Shown: in pieces, positions 35,076 through 43,830 of the stretch
Position numbering within the stretch: position 1 is the stretch's first letter
Layout of the letters: each line of letters opens with the position of its first letter
DNA from: Acidimicrobiales bacterium
GTDB taxonomy: Bacteria > Actinomycetota > Acidimicrobiia > Acidimicrobiales > Acidimicrobilacustridaceae
Direction of reading: 5' to 3'
Assembly (NCBI GenBank): GCA_037620085.1
Contig: JASJMB010000042.1
Location: forward strand, 20,851 to 84,850
Length of the DNA stretch: 64,000 nt
The notes under the pieces: generated by a model
Databases searched by the model: none
Seen by the model: the letters and a program-made list of their open reading frames with translations, nothing else
Told to the model about the DNA's origin: nothing
Program-made: the position numbers and the translations under genes

Positions 35076-35540
35076 TCAGGCTTCGATGCTGACGATCTCA
35101 ACCTTGAGGACGCCACCGGGGGCTTCAAAGTCGACGACGTCGCCCACCTTGTTTCCCATGAGGGCCTGACCCAAAGGTGAGCCTGGGGTGAGGACTTCAA
35201 GTTCCGCGCGTTCTTCGACGGAGCCGACCAGAAGGCGCTCAACCTCGTCGTCACCTTCGTAGCGGATGCCGACGATCACGCCTGAGACCACGGCGGATCC
35301 ATCGGCGGCTTCGACGATTTCGGCGTCGAGGAGGAGTGCCTCGAGTTGGCGGATTCGGGCTTCCATCTTGCCCTGTTCCTCTCTCGCGGCGTGGTAGTCG
35401 CCGTTCTCAGAGAGATCGCCCATTTCACGGGCAGTCTGAATTTTGCGGGCAATATCGACTCGACCGTGGGTCGTGTGCTGCTCGTGTTCAGCGCTTAACC
35501 GGTCGTGGGTCTGTTGGGTGAATCGGTGTACGACAGCCAT
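35076..35540 (-). CDS. greA: Transcription elongation factor GreA
   Basis: GDLSENGDYHAAREEQ, SPLGQALMG. Confidence 0.95.
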   Translation of the reverse strand: MAVVHRFTQQTHDRLSAEHEQHTTHGRVDIARKIQTAREMGDLSENGDYHAAREEQGKMEARIRQLEALLLDAEIVEAADGSAVVSGVIVGIRYEGDDEVERLLVGSVEERAELEVLTPGSPLGQALMGNKVGDVVDFEAPGGVLKVEIVSIEA

Positions 35541-35612
35541 GTCGCCAGCGTACCGGCCCTTCGTGGAACTCGCCTAGGGCGACGGGAGGGGGTCGGACTA
35601 GAGTGTTGAGCC

Positions 35613-35663
35613 ATGTCCACACCGAGCCCACGCCGTTCGCGCTCCATCGTGATCATTCGCTAG
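35613..35663 (+). CDS. Ile-rich leader peptide MSTPSPRRSRSIVIIR upstream of leuB-ilvE-cimA
   Basis: ATG TCC ACA CCG AGC CCA CGC CGT TCG CGC TCC ATC GTG ATC ATT CGC TAG; TAGAGT -10-like hexamer 8 nt upstream. Confidence 0.8.
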   Translation: MSTPSPRRSRSIVIIR

Positions 35664-35722
35664 CGCACACCGAGTTCGGTGTGCGCCCTCGGCCGTCCAC
35701 CCCGGTGGGCGGCTTTCTCGTT
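35663..35722 (+). promoter_or_regulatory. leuB-ilvE-cimA transcription attenuator (hairpin plus terminator)
   Basis: GCGCACACCG-agtt-CGGTGTGCGC 35663-86; GGCCGTCCAC-cccg-GTGGGCGGCT 35691-35714 followed by TTCTCGTT. Confidence 0.8.
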
Positions 35723-35787
35723 CCCGCACAGAGCCTGTCCCTTTCAAGGCATTGCACTCTTCAGTACAGCAACCAATCGGAGTCATC

Positions 35788-36768
35788 GTGAGTCACAGAA
35801 TCGGAGTTATCCCCGGAGACGGGATCGGGCACGAGGTCATCCCCGTTGCCCTCAAGGTCATTCGTGCTGCGGGTGTCGAGCTCGACTGTGTTGACTACGA
35901 CCTTGGTGGTGCTCGCTACCTGCGCGACGGCGTCGTTCTTGACGATGCAACGGTTGAAGAATGGCGTGGACTCGACGCTCTGTTGCTCGGTGCAGTCGGA
36001 ACGCCTGATGTTCCGCCAGGCGTCATTGAGCGCGGCCTTCTTCTCAAAATGAGGTTTGATCTTGACCTCTATGTCAATCAGCGTCCGTTCATCGCGCCCG
36101 ATGGCTCACATGATTTCATCGTGATCCGTGAAAACACTGAAGGCACCTACGCAGGCGAAGGTGGCTTCCTTCGCAAGAACACGCCATTCGAAGTTGCGAC
36201 GCAGGGTTCAGTGAATACCCGGCACGGCGTTGAACGTTGTGTTCGCTATGCCTTCGAACTCGCACGCAGCCGCGATCGCAAGCACCTCACTCTCGTACAT
36301 AAGACCAACGTTCTGACCTTTGCTGGAGATCTCTGGGAGCGCACCTTTAATGAGGTTGCCGCGGAATTCCCCGATGTTTCGACGGCCTACAACCATGTCG
36401 ATGCTGCTTGCATCTACTTCGTTGAAAACCCGCAGCGTTACGACGTCATCGTGACAGACAACTTGTTCGGCGACATCCTCACCGATCTCGGCGGAGCAGT
36501 CTCCGGTGGAATCGGGTTCGCCTCGTCGGGAAATCTCAACCCCGATCGAACGAGCCCCTCGATGTTTGAACCAGTCCATGGTTCAGCTCCAGATATCGCT
36601 GGTCAAAATAAAGCCAATCCCGTTGCTGCGATTCTCTCAGCGGCGATGATGCTGGAATTCCTTGGTGAAGAAGCGGCAGCAACGGCAATCCGCAACGCGT
36701 GTTCCGACAACGCCACCCTCACCGGGTCAACTACCGAAATCGGCGACATTGTCGTCGCTCGTCTCTGA
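35788..36768 (+). CDS. leuB: 3-isopropylmalate dehydrogenase
   Basis: IPGDGIG, RENTEG, VHKTNVL, NLFGDILTD, FEPVHGSAPDIAG. Confidence 0.95.
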   Translation: MSHRIGVIPGDGIGHEVIPVALKVIRAAGVELDCVDYDLGGARYLRDGVVLDDATVEEWRGLDALLLGAVGTPDVPPGVIERGLLLKMRFDLDLYVNQRPFIAPDGSHDFIVIRENTEGTYAGEGGFLRKNTPFEVATQGSVNTRHGVERCVRYAFELARSRDRKHLTLVHKTNVLTFAGDLWERTFNEVAAEFPDVSTAYNHVDAACIYFVENPQRYDVIVTDNLFGDILTDLGGAVSGGIGFASSGNLNPDRTSPSMFEPVHGSAPDIAGQNKANPVAAILSAAMMLEFLGEEAAATAIRNACSDNATLTGSTTEIGDIVVARL

Positions 36769-36779
36769 GAGGCAAAGCA

Positions 36780-37697
36780 ATGCCAATTACTCCTACCAAC
36801 AAGATCTGGATGAACGGAACGCTCGTCGACTGGGACGACGCGAAGATCCACGTCCTTACCCATACCCTTCATTACGGAATGGGTGTCTTTGAAGGAATCC
36901 GCGCGTATGAAACCCCAAAGGGTCCTGCGGTGTTCCGACTTACCGAGCACATCGAGCGCTTGCATAACTCGGCGAAGATCCTCGGTATGGACATGCCCTA
37001 TGGCGTCGATGAGTTAGTCCAGGCCACGAAGGACGTCGTCAAAGCATCGGGACTTCCTTCCGCCTACATCCGTCCGATTGCCTATTACGGCTACGGCGAA
37101 ATGGGACTGAACACGCTTCCGTGCTCGGTCGATGTCTCGATTGCTTGCTGGCCATGGGGCGCCTACCTCGGTGAAGATGCGCTCACGAAGGGGATCAGCA
37201 CAAAGATTTCGTCCTGGACCCGCCATGACCACAACACCATGCCACCGGCTTCGAAAACCACCGGCAACTACGTGAACTCCTCCCTGGCCAAGGTCGAAGC
37301 TCTCCGTGGTGGATACGACGAAGCAATCATGCTCAACCCTCAAGGTTTCGTCAGCGAATGCACCGGCGAAAATATCTTTGTTGCTCGCGACGGCGTTTTC
37401 GTGACGCCACCAATCGCCGCTGGCGCGCTCGAAGGCATTACACAAGACAGTGTCATGGTGATCGGTCGAGATCTCGGTTATGAGTTCCGCGTCGATTACC
37501 TGACGCGCTCGGACCTTTATGTCGCCGAGGAAATCTTTCTGTGCGGAACCGCTGCTGAGGTTTCGGCTGTGAATTCAGTCGACAATCGCGATATCCCATG
37601 CCCCGGGCCGATGACATCTGTCATCGCTGCCGAGTATGGACGCGTTGTGCGCGGTCAGGTTCCCCGTTACGAGGACTGGTTGGAGTATGTCCACTAA
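36780..37697 (+). CDS. ilvE: Branched-chain amino acid aminotransferase
   Basis: LHYGMGVFEGIRAY, K..GNYVNS, ECTGENIF, LEGIT, CGTAAEV. Confidence 0.96.
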   Translation: MPITPTNKIWMNGTLVDWDDAKIHVLTHTLHYGMGVFEGIRAYETPKGPAVFRLTEHIERLHNSAKILGMDMPYGVDELVQATKDVVKASGLPSAYIRPIAYYGYGEMGLNTLPCSVDVSIACWPWGAYLGEDALTKGISTKISSWTRHDHNTMPPASKTTGNYVNSSLAKVEALRGGYDEAIMLNPQGFVSECTGENIFVARDGVFVTPPIAAGALEGITQDSVMVIGRDLGYEFRVDYLTRSDLYVAEEIFLCGTAAEVSAVNSVDNRDIPCPGPMTSVIAAEYGRVVRGQVPRYEDWLEYVH

Positions 37698-39330
37698 CAA
37701 CGATGCCAAAGCTGAACTGTCATCGCTTCCATCCGCGGTCGAAATTTTCGACACGACCTTGCGCGATGGCGCTCAGTTCGAAGGCATCTCACTCACAGTT
37801 GAAGACAAGCTTCGTGTTGCCGAGCAACTCGACTGGCTTGGTGTGCATTGGATCGAAGGGGGCTACCCCCAGGCCAATCCAAAAGACGAGGAGTTCTTTA
37901 AGCGCGCCCCGCTTGAACTCAAACTCACAAATGCCGAACTCGTAGCGTTCGGTTCGACACGCAGGCCGGCCGGCAAAGTCGATGTCGATCCAACCTTGGC
38001 GGCACTCGTCGGAGCCGGAACCTCGACGGTATGCATCGTGGGCAAGAGCTGGGATTTCCATGTCACCGAGGCCCTGCGGACGACGCTCGATGAAGGTATA
38101 GCGATGGTGGCCGAATCAGTCGCTTTCTTGAAGGACGAAGGATTGCGCGTCTTTTTCGATGCTGAACATTTCTTCGATGGTTACAAAGCCAATCCCGAAT
38201 TCGCACTTCGAGTTCTCGAAGCAGCCATGGTGAACGGCGCCGATTGTGTGGTGTTGTGCGATACCAATGGCGGGTCACTTCCACATGAGGTGCAGCGAGT
38301 CACCGCCGAGGTCGTTTCTTTTGTTGGCGGCGTAACGGGCGTGGGCATTCACACTCAGAACGATTCTGGCTGCGCTGTTGCAAACTCGGTGGCGGCAGTT
38401 GTCGGGGGTGCAACGCAGGTTCAGGGCACCATCAACGGCTATGGCGAGCGCACGGGCAATGCAAACCTTATGACCGTCATTCCCGATCTCACGCTCAAAC
38501 TCGGAGTGGCGACTCTCCCTGAGGGTCACCTCGATCGACTCACGGTTGTGAGTCACCGTGTTGCGGAACTCGTCAACCTCCCTCCGCATCCTTCTGACCC
38601 ATACGTGGGTGCGTCCGCATTTGCGCATAAGGGCGGCTTGCACACTTCTGCGCTTGGTCGCGCTGGTAGCGCAACCTACGAACACATCGATCCGGCAATC
38701 GTGGGAAACCACACGCGCGTGCTCGTGTCAGACCTCGGCGGGCGTGCGGGTATGGCCATGAAGGCCGATGAATTTGGAGTCGAACTCGACGATCCATCGG
38801 TCGCCAAATTGTCCGACGAACTGAAGCAACTCGAGTCGGAAGGCTGGTTGTTCGAATCAGCCGACGCGTCGCTTGAACTTCGGATGCGCCGAGCTACTGG
38901 TTGGGAGCAAGAATTCTTCGAGGTTGAGGAATATCGAGTTTCGAGTTCACATCGCGAAGGTGCGGCCACAACTGGCGGTTCCCTCGAAGTAACGACCGAG
39001 GCAACAGTCAAACTTCGGATCGATGGCAATCAAGTGACTGCCGATGGCGAGGGAAATGGTCCCGTCAATGCACTCGATGCTGCGGTTCGTCGAGCGCTTA
39101 ACGGAAGATTCCCTGCACTTGAACGGATTCACCTGACCGATTTCAAGGTTCGTGTCGTCGATGGCGGCGCTGCGACCGGGGCGGTGGTGCGCGTGCTGAT
39201 CGATTCCACCAATGGCGACCGCGTTTGGACGACCGTGGGAGTCGATAGCAATGTGATTGAGGCCTCGTGGCAGGCGCTCATGGACTCCATTCAGTTTGGT
39301 TTGGTCCACGCTGACGATCTTGCCGGGTAG
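37687..39330 (+). CDS. cimA: Citramalate synthase
   Basis: DTTLRDGAQFEG, IEGGYPQANPKD, AFGSTRR, DAEHFFDG, AFAHKGGLH, FESADASLEL, DFKVRV. Confidence 0.92.
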   Translation: MSTNNDAKAELSSLPSAVEIFDTTLRDGAQFEGISLTVEDKLRVAEQLDWLGVHWIEGGYPQANPKDEEFFKRAPLELKLTNAELVAFGSTRRPAGKVDVDPTLAALVGAGTSTVCIVGKSWDFHVTEALRTTLDEGIAMVAESVAFLKDEGLRVFFDAEHFFDGYKANPEFALRVLEAAMVNGADCVVLCDTNGGSLPHEVQRVTAEVVSFVGGVTGVGIHTQNDSGCAVANSVAAVVGGATQVQGTINGYGERTGNANLMTVIPDLTLKLGVATLPEGHLDRLTVVSHRVAELVNLPPHPSDPYVGASAFAHKGGLHTSALGRAGSATYEHIDPAIVGNHTRVLVSDLGGRAGMAMKADEFGVELDDPSVAKLSDELKQLESEGWLFESADASLELRMRRATGWEQEFFEVEEYRVSSSHREGAATTGGSLEVTTEATVKLRIDGNQVTADGEGNGPVNALDAAVRRALNGRFPALERIHLTDFKVRVVDGGAATGAVVRVLIDSTNGDRVWTTVGVDSNVIEASWQALMDSIQFGLVHADDLAG

Positions 39331-39341
39331 ATTCACTCTCA

Positions 39342-39902
39342 ATGGCTGCCCCTGATTACGTCCCCGTTCCCGTCGATGATCCCGCCCGGGTGTACCAGTC
39401 GCCTCCGTGGCGTCCCGAGTCGTGGATGGCCGATCGGCCGGCAGAAATTCTGGGCCGTCAGCCTCTTGGGCCGCGTTTAGGAGATCCAGGGCCCGACCAA
39501 GGTTTTGCAATCCGTCTCGCCCGACAGGTCCGTGGCCGTCTCGTGCTTACATCGGGCGAATCCGAAGCCGATGCGCTTTCGGGCACCGTTGCGATCGCGA
39601 TGCGTCGGTCAGCGTTGTTCGGCCGAGCGCCATCTATTCACGACATCACGGTTGCGCTCACATTGTGGGGCTATTTGTCGGAAGCACCTATGGAACTTGT
39701 CGCTCTTCGTTCAAAGGTATTCGCCGCTGTTGCTCACAGTCACCACTACATGGAGCGACGCGCCATCGTCGATGCTGTTCCCGAAGAAGTTCTCCGGCTT
39801 GACCCAGCATCGGTCACAACTCTTGTGCGCAATGAACCTTCGCGCATCCTTGCGATGGCCAACGCTGCATTGGCGGGTCAGTCGCACGACAACCACGCCT
39901 GA
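39342..39902 (+). CDS. Hypothetical protein
   Basis: 186-aa ORF with a Pro-rich N-terminus (PGPDQGFA) and its own TAGATT -10-like hexamer. Confidence 0.75.
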   Translation: MAAPDYVPVPVDDPARVYQSPPWRPESWMADRPAEILGRQPLGPRLGDPGPDQGFAIRLARQVRGRLVLTSGESEADALSGTVAIAMRRSALFGRAPSIHDITVALTLWGYLSEAPMELVALRSKVFAAVAHSHHYMERRAIVDAVPEEVLRLDPASVTTLVRNEPSRILAMANAALAGQSHDNHA

Positions 39903-39955
39903 GGGCCGCTTCACACCGAGAGCGAATCGGCATGGAACTGAACTCGTGAAGCGGT

Positions 39956-40867
39956 TTAGGGTTTTGCGGTTGCGGTGGTGGTGCTTGACCACGAGGCGGG
40001 AGTGGTCGCGAAGATGTCGATTGGGGTTCCGGCAGGTATCGCGCCGGCGATCTTGACCACCACATCGTTGGGAATGCGCACACAACCGTTGGACGACTTG
40101 GTACGAACCAGTTCGGGCTGGTTGGTCCCGTGGAACGCGATCTGGGGAAGGCCGTTGTCAAACGTATCGAGCACTTCGCTGTATCCGTTGATGGGAAGGA
40201 TCCATGCACCGTAGATGCCGGTATCCGATGGATTTTTGATCTTCTCAGTAACGAAGAATCGCCCAAGGGGGGTTGGCGTCGAGTCTTTGCCGATGACGAC
40301 GTCGGTTTCAGCGAAGACCACTGCTCCTTGGAAGACCTTTAAATGGAAGGTCGAAAGATCAAGTTCCATGTGAAAGTCGGTGGCTGCGATGGTGACATCG
40401 TTGGCTTTGATCCATCCGGTGGTGTGATTCGGACGAGCGGTGATCAACACCTTCATCCAGTCGCCTTGGTTCTCGAGCACTTCGACGACAAGTGGATTCT
40501 TGTAATAGGTGGGGTTTGTGAACTCGTAACCGTCAGCGGTTTTCTTGACACCGGCCGAATTAAGCCCGGTGCGGGGGATAGCGGCAACCTTTGAGGCAAC
40601 CGTGCTCGAGGTGCTTGAAGTGCTTGAGGGCGGTGTTGTTACGACACTCTTGGGAAGTTCGCTGTACACCGCGAGCTTCGAGCCTTTGGCGGTTGCGTAC
40701 GTGGTCTGATACGGCGCAAGAGCGGTCGAACTTGTTGATTCCTCGGTGGAGGCGTCTGACGACGCTTTCTTGCCATCTGAGCATGCGGCCGCACCCAAAA
40801 CGAGGGCAAGCGAAATCGCGGCAGCAGCGATTGGGCGAAAGTGTCGTAAACGGCGAGGGGAGTTCAT
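39956..40867 (-). CDS. L,D-transpeptidase (YkuD) lipoprotein
   Basis: Lipobox AAAC; PTPLGRF; IAFHGTN...SSNGCVRI catalytic His/Cys. Confidence 0.9.
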   Translation of the reverse strand: MNSPRRLRHFRPIAAAAISLALVLGAAACSDGKKASSDASTEESTSSTALAPYQTTYATAKGSKLAVYSELPKSVVTTPPSSTSSTSSTVASKVAAIPRTGLNSAGVKKTADGYEFTNPTYYKNPLVVEVLENQGDWMKVLITARPNHTTGWIKANDVTIAATDFHMELDLSTFHLKVFQGAVVFAETDVVIGKDSTPTPLGRFFVTEKIKNPSDTGIYGAWILPINGYSEVLDTFDNGLPQIAFHGTNQPELVRTKSSNGCVRIPNDVVVKIAGAIPAGTPIDIFATTPASWSSTTTATAKP

Positions 40868-40970
40868 GGGTGCTCCACGGGGAGGTTCAATTGCTGAGCC
40901 CGATTGGCTCAGATCGCCCAAATCAGTTGATCGAACGAGGGAATGCAGGCCTGACGGTACCATCGACCCT

Positions 40971-42386
40971 GTGAACACCCCAGTTGCCCGAGTCCGCTTT
41001 GCTCCCTCGCCCACGGGCTATCTCCATATCGGTGGGGCCAGGACCGCCCTTTTCAACTGGCTGTTCGCGCGACAGCAAGGTGGCGAGTTTGTGCTTCGCA
41101 TCGAAGACACCGACGCTGAACGCTCGAGGCCAGAACTCATTGACGTCATTTTCCGATCTCTCGAATGGTTGGGCCTCGACTGGGATGGCACGCCCGTGCA
41201 TCAGTCCGAGCGTGGGGCCATGCACCTCGCTGCGGTCGAGACGCTTCTTGGCAATGGCACGGCCTACTGGTGTTCGTGTTCCTCCGATGAGGTCAAAGCC
41301 CGAGCGGAAGCTCGTGGCGGCACTCCCGGCTACGACGGATTTTGTCGCGAGCGGGGATTGGGCCCAGGCGAAGGTCACGTCGTTCGATTTCGGGTTCCCG
41401 ACGAAGGCGTTACTTCCTTCGACGATCTCATTCGCGGCACGGTCAGTTTCGAAAATGCCGTCCTTGAAGATTTTGTGATTCTTCGTTCCAACGGAACGCC
41501 AATGTTCCACCTCGCAAACGCAGTCGACGATGCCGATCAAGGGATTACTCATGTCATCCGCGGCGAAGACCTCATCAACGTCACGCCGAAGGTTCTTCTT
41601 CTTCGCCAAGCGCTTTCGACGCCTGGCGAATTGATTTTCGCCCACCTTCCGCTCATCGTGAATGAAAAACGTCAGAAGCTTTCGAAGCGACGCGACGATG
41701 TTTCTGTCGGCGATTACATCGATCGCGGCTATTTGTCTGAGGCGATGGTGAATTACCTCGCCACCCTGGGATGGGGTCCACCTGATGACATCGAGATTCG
41801 GCCACTCGCCGAAATCGTCAATTTATTCCGTATTACAGATGTGAATAATTCCGGCGCATTTTTTGATGTCAAGAAATTGCAGCACTTCAATGGCGAATAC
41901 ATTCGCAATCTGTCGGTCCCGCAATTCGTCAGTCGCTCAACTCGATGGTTGTACGAAGACACTCCTTGGGAAGCGGATCGATTCGATATCTCAACCTTCG
42001 AAGTTCTTGCTCCCCTCGTACAAGAACGCGTGAAATTGCTTTCAGAAGTGCCCGGTTATGTCGATTTCATTTTCACTCCCGACCCCGTAATCGACGAAGA
42101 CTCTTGGCAAAAGGTGATGGTCAAAGGCGCCGATCTGGCGGCGGCTGTGCTTGAACATGCCACGGCCCAATTCGCCGATTGTGACTGGACCGCAGCGTCA
42201 CTTGAAGCGGCCCTGTTTTCGTATGCCGAAAAGCACGAAATTTCAAAGGGCAAGGTGCAGGCCCCTGTGCGAGTTTCGGTGACTGGACGCAGTATTGGGC
42301 CACCGCTTTTTGAATCGCTTGAAGTTCTGGGTCGGGACGAAACGCTTCGCCGTCTCACATCAGCGAAGGTTCTTTTGCAGGGCTGA
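40971..42386 (+). CDS. gltX: Glutamate--tRNA ligase
   Basis: RFAPSPTGYLHIGG, LRIEDTD, HVIRGED, KLSKR. Confidence 0.97.
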   Translation: MNTPVARVRFAPSPTGYLHIGGARTALFNWLFARQQGGEFVLRIEDTDAERSRPELIDVIFRSLEWLGLDWDGTPVHQSERGAMHLAAVETLLGNGTAYWCSCSSDEVKARAEARGGTPGYDGFCRERGLGPGEGHVVRFRVPDEGVTSFDDLIRGTVSFENAVLEDFVILRSNGTPMFHLANAVDDADQGITHVIRGEDLINVTPKVLLLRQALSTPGELIFAHLPLIVNEKRQKLSKRRDDVSVGDYIDRGYLSEAMVNYLATLGWGPPDDIEIRPLAEIVNLFRITDVNNSGAFFDVKKLQHFNGEYIRNLSVPQFVSRSTRWLYEDTPWEADRFDISTFEVLAPLVQERVKLLSEVPGYVDFIFTPDPVIDEDSWQKVMVKGADLAAAVLEHATAQFADCDWTAASLEAALFSYAEKHEISKGKVQAPVRVSVTGRSIGPPLFESLEVLGRDETLRRLTSAKVLLQG

Positions 42387-42387
42387 C

Positions 42388-42990
42388 ATGTTCTTTGGAC
42401 TGCGTTGGGTGATACGTATCGCTCTCGGACTGCTCACAGTCTTGGTTCTCTATATCGGAATCACGTTTGCACAGGTGTGGTGGGCGGCGAGACAGAACGA
42501 CTCATCGCCCGCGTCGGCGATCGTTGTTATGGGAGCAGCGCAGTGGAACGGTTCGCCATCGCCGGTGTTGAAAGGTCGGCTCGACCATGCCGCCGAGCTC
42601 TACCAACAAGGTGTCGCCCCTGTGGTGATTGTCGCCGGCGGAAAGCAAGTGGGCGACAAGGTCACACAAGGGCTCGTCAGTTTCGAATACTTGCGGTCGA
42701 AGGGCATTCCCGAAGGGGCGATCAAGATTGAAGTCGACGGAACCGATAGCTACGAGGAACTCTCTTCAACGGCGTTCATCATGCGCCAAGCCGGATTACC
42801 CCTTGACGTTGCGATCGTGACCGATCCGTACCACTCATTTCGGGCTACGGATATTGCCGATGAAGTTGGGCTTGCTGCGCATGTCTCTCCGACCAAGGGG
42901 CAATCAACGCTCAGCGACTATGCGCGTGAGACAGGCGCAGTCGCTATTGGGCGCATCATCAATTACCGCCGTTTGGCTGCGTGGTACTGA
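42388..42990 (+). CDS. YdcF/DUF218 (SanA/ElyC-like) membrane-anchored protein
   Basis: N-terminal TM, IVVMGAA, RLDHA, VTDPYHSFRA, RE motif. Confidence 0.88.
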   Translation: MFFGLRWVIRIALGLLTVLVLYIGITFAQVWWAARQNDSSPASAIVVMGAAQWNGSPSPVLKGRLDHAAELYQQGVAPVVIVAGGKQVGDKVTQGLVSFEYLRSKGIPEGAIKIEVDGTDSYEELSSTAFIMRQAGLPLDVAIVTDPYHSFRATDIADEVGLAAHVSPTKGQSTLSDYARETGAVAIGRIINYRRLAAWY

Positions 42991-43057
42991 CTCCGACTCG
43001 GGTGCCGGGCGTGGTTTGGTGCCACCCCCGTTCCAGCCGGTAACGTTCACTCGCCCT

Positions 43058-43129
43058 TCGGGGGTGGTGTAATTGGTAACACGAGTGGTTCTGGTCCATT
43101 TGTTGGGGGTTCGAGTCCTCCCCCCCGAG
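43058..43129 (+). tRNA. tRNA-Gln(CTG)
   Basis: Acceptor TCGGGGG/CCCCCGA (U1-A72), D-arm GTGTAATTGGTAACAC, anticodon arm AGTGG-TTCTGGT-CCATT, T-arm GGGGGTTCGAGTCCTCC; CCA not encoded. Confidence 0.96.
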
Positions 43130-43139
43130 CTTTGAAGAT

Positions 43140-43167
43140 CGGGCGTCGACAAGGTCGGCGCCCGTTT
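43140..43167 (+). terminator. Terminator after tRNA-Gln
   Basis: CGGGCGTCGAC-aag-GTCGGCGCCCG followed by TTT. Confidence 0.7.
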
Positions 43168-43197
43168 CGCGTGCCTTCTCGCCCGTAGGCTAGGTGT

Positions 43198-43788
43198 GTG
43201 ACAACTCTTGGTTCTCTTTGTGTCTACTGCGGGTCGAAATCGGGGGCTGATCCCCGTCACGAGGCGACGGCAGCGGAACTGGGTCGGCTCATGGCTGAGG
43301 CTGGTGTGCGCCTGGTTTACGGAGGAGGGTCGATCGGTCTCATGGGTACCGTCGCCGATTCTGTATTGGCCAACGGGGGAGAGGCATTCGGTGTCATCCC
43401 GAAAGGACTGTTCACCACCGAAATTGGCCATCCCGGTCTGACCGAACTCGTCGAGGTTGGTTCGATGCATGAACGCAAGGCATTGATGGCCGCCGAGGCC
43501 GACGCCTTCGTTGCCCTGCCTGGTGGACTCGGAACCCTCGAGGAACTGGCGGAGATCACCACATGGGCACAGTTGGGTATTCATGCCAAGCCCGTTGGTG
43601 TGCTTGATATCGACGGATTCTGGGAGCCCCTGCTCGGGTTCCTCGACCGCGCTGGCGACGCCGGATTCATTCGGCCCCAGCATCGCAACATCATTCTGCG
43701 CATTACCGACGTCAACGATGTGATCCCCGTGCTGGCGGCGAAGGTCGTGCCACCGTCTGTGCCGCTACTTGGCATCGAAGAGTCTTGA
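43198..43788 (+). CDS. LOG family nucleotide monophosphate nucleosidase (TIGR00730-like)
   Basis: CVYCGS, LVYGGG..GLMG, MHERK, PGGLGTLEE. Confidence 0.93.
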   Translation: MTTLGSLCVYCGSKSGADPRHEATAAELGRLMAEAGVRLVYGGGSIGLMGTVADSVLANGGEAFGVIPKGLFTTEIGHPGLTELVEVGSMHERKALMAAEADAFVALPGGLGTLEELAEITTWAQLGIHAKPVGVLDIDGFWEPLLGFLDRAGDAGFIRPQHRNIILRITDVNDVIPVLAAKVVPPSVPLLGIEES

Positions 43789-43830
43789 CCCGATGGGGTC
43801 CGGGCTGCGTTGACGCGAGACAATTGAGCC

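Noticed and set aside
40590-40760. Ser/Thr low-complexity repeats in the L,D-transpeptidase (also lipoprotein 13613)
   Set aside because: Ordinary lipoprotein linker sequence, not a DNA repeat element
43198-43788. LOG/SLOG protein as an anti-phage effector
   Set aside because: Ordinary stand-alone housekeeping LOG with no defence partners
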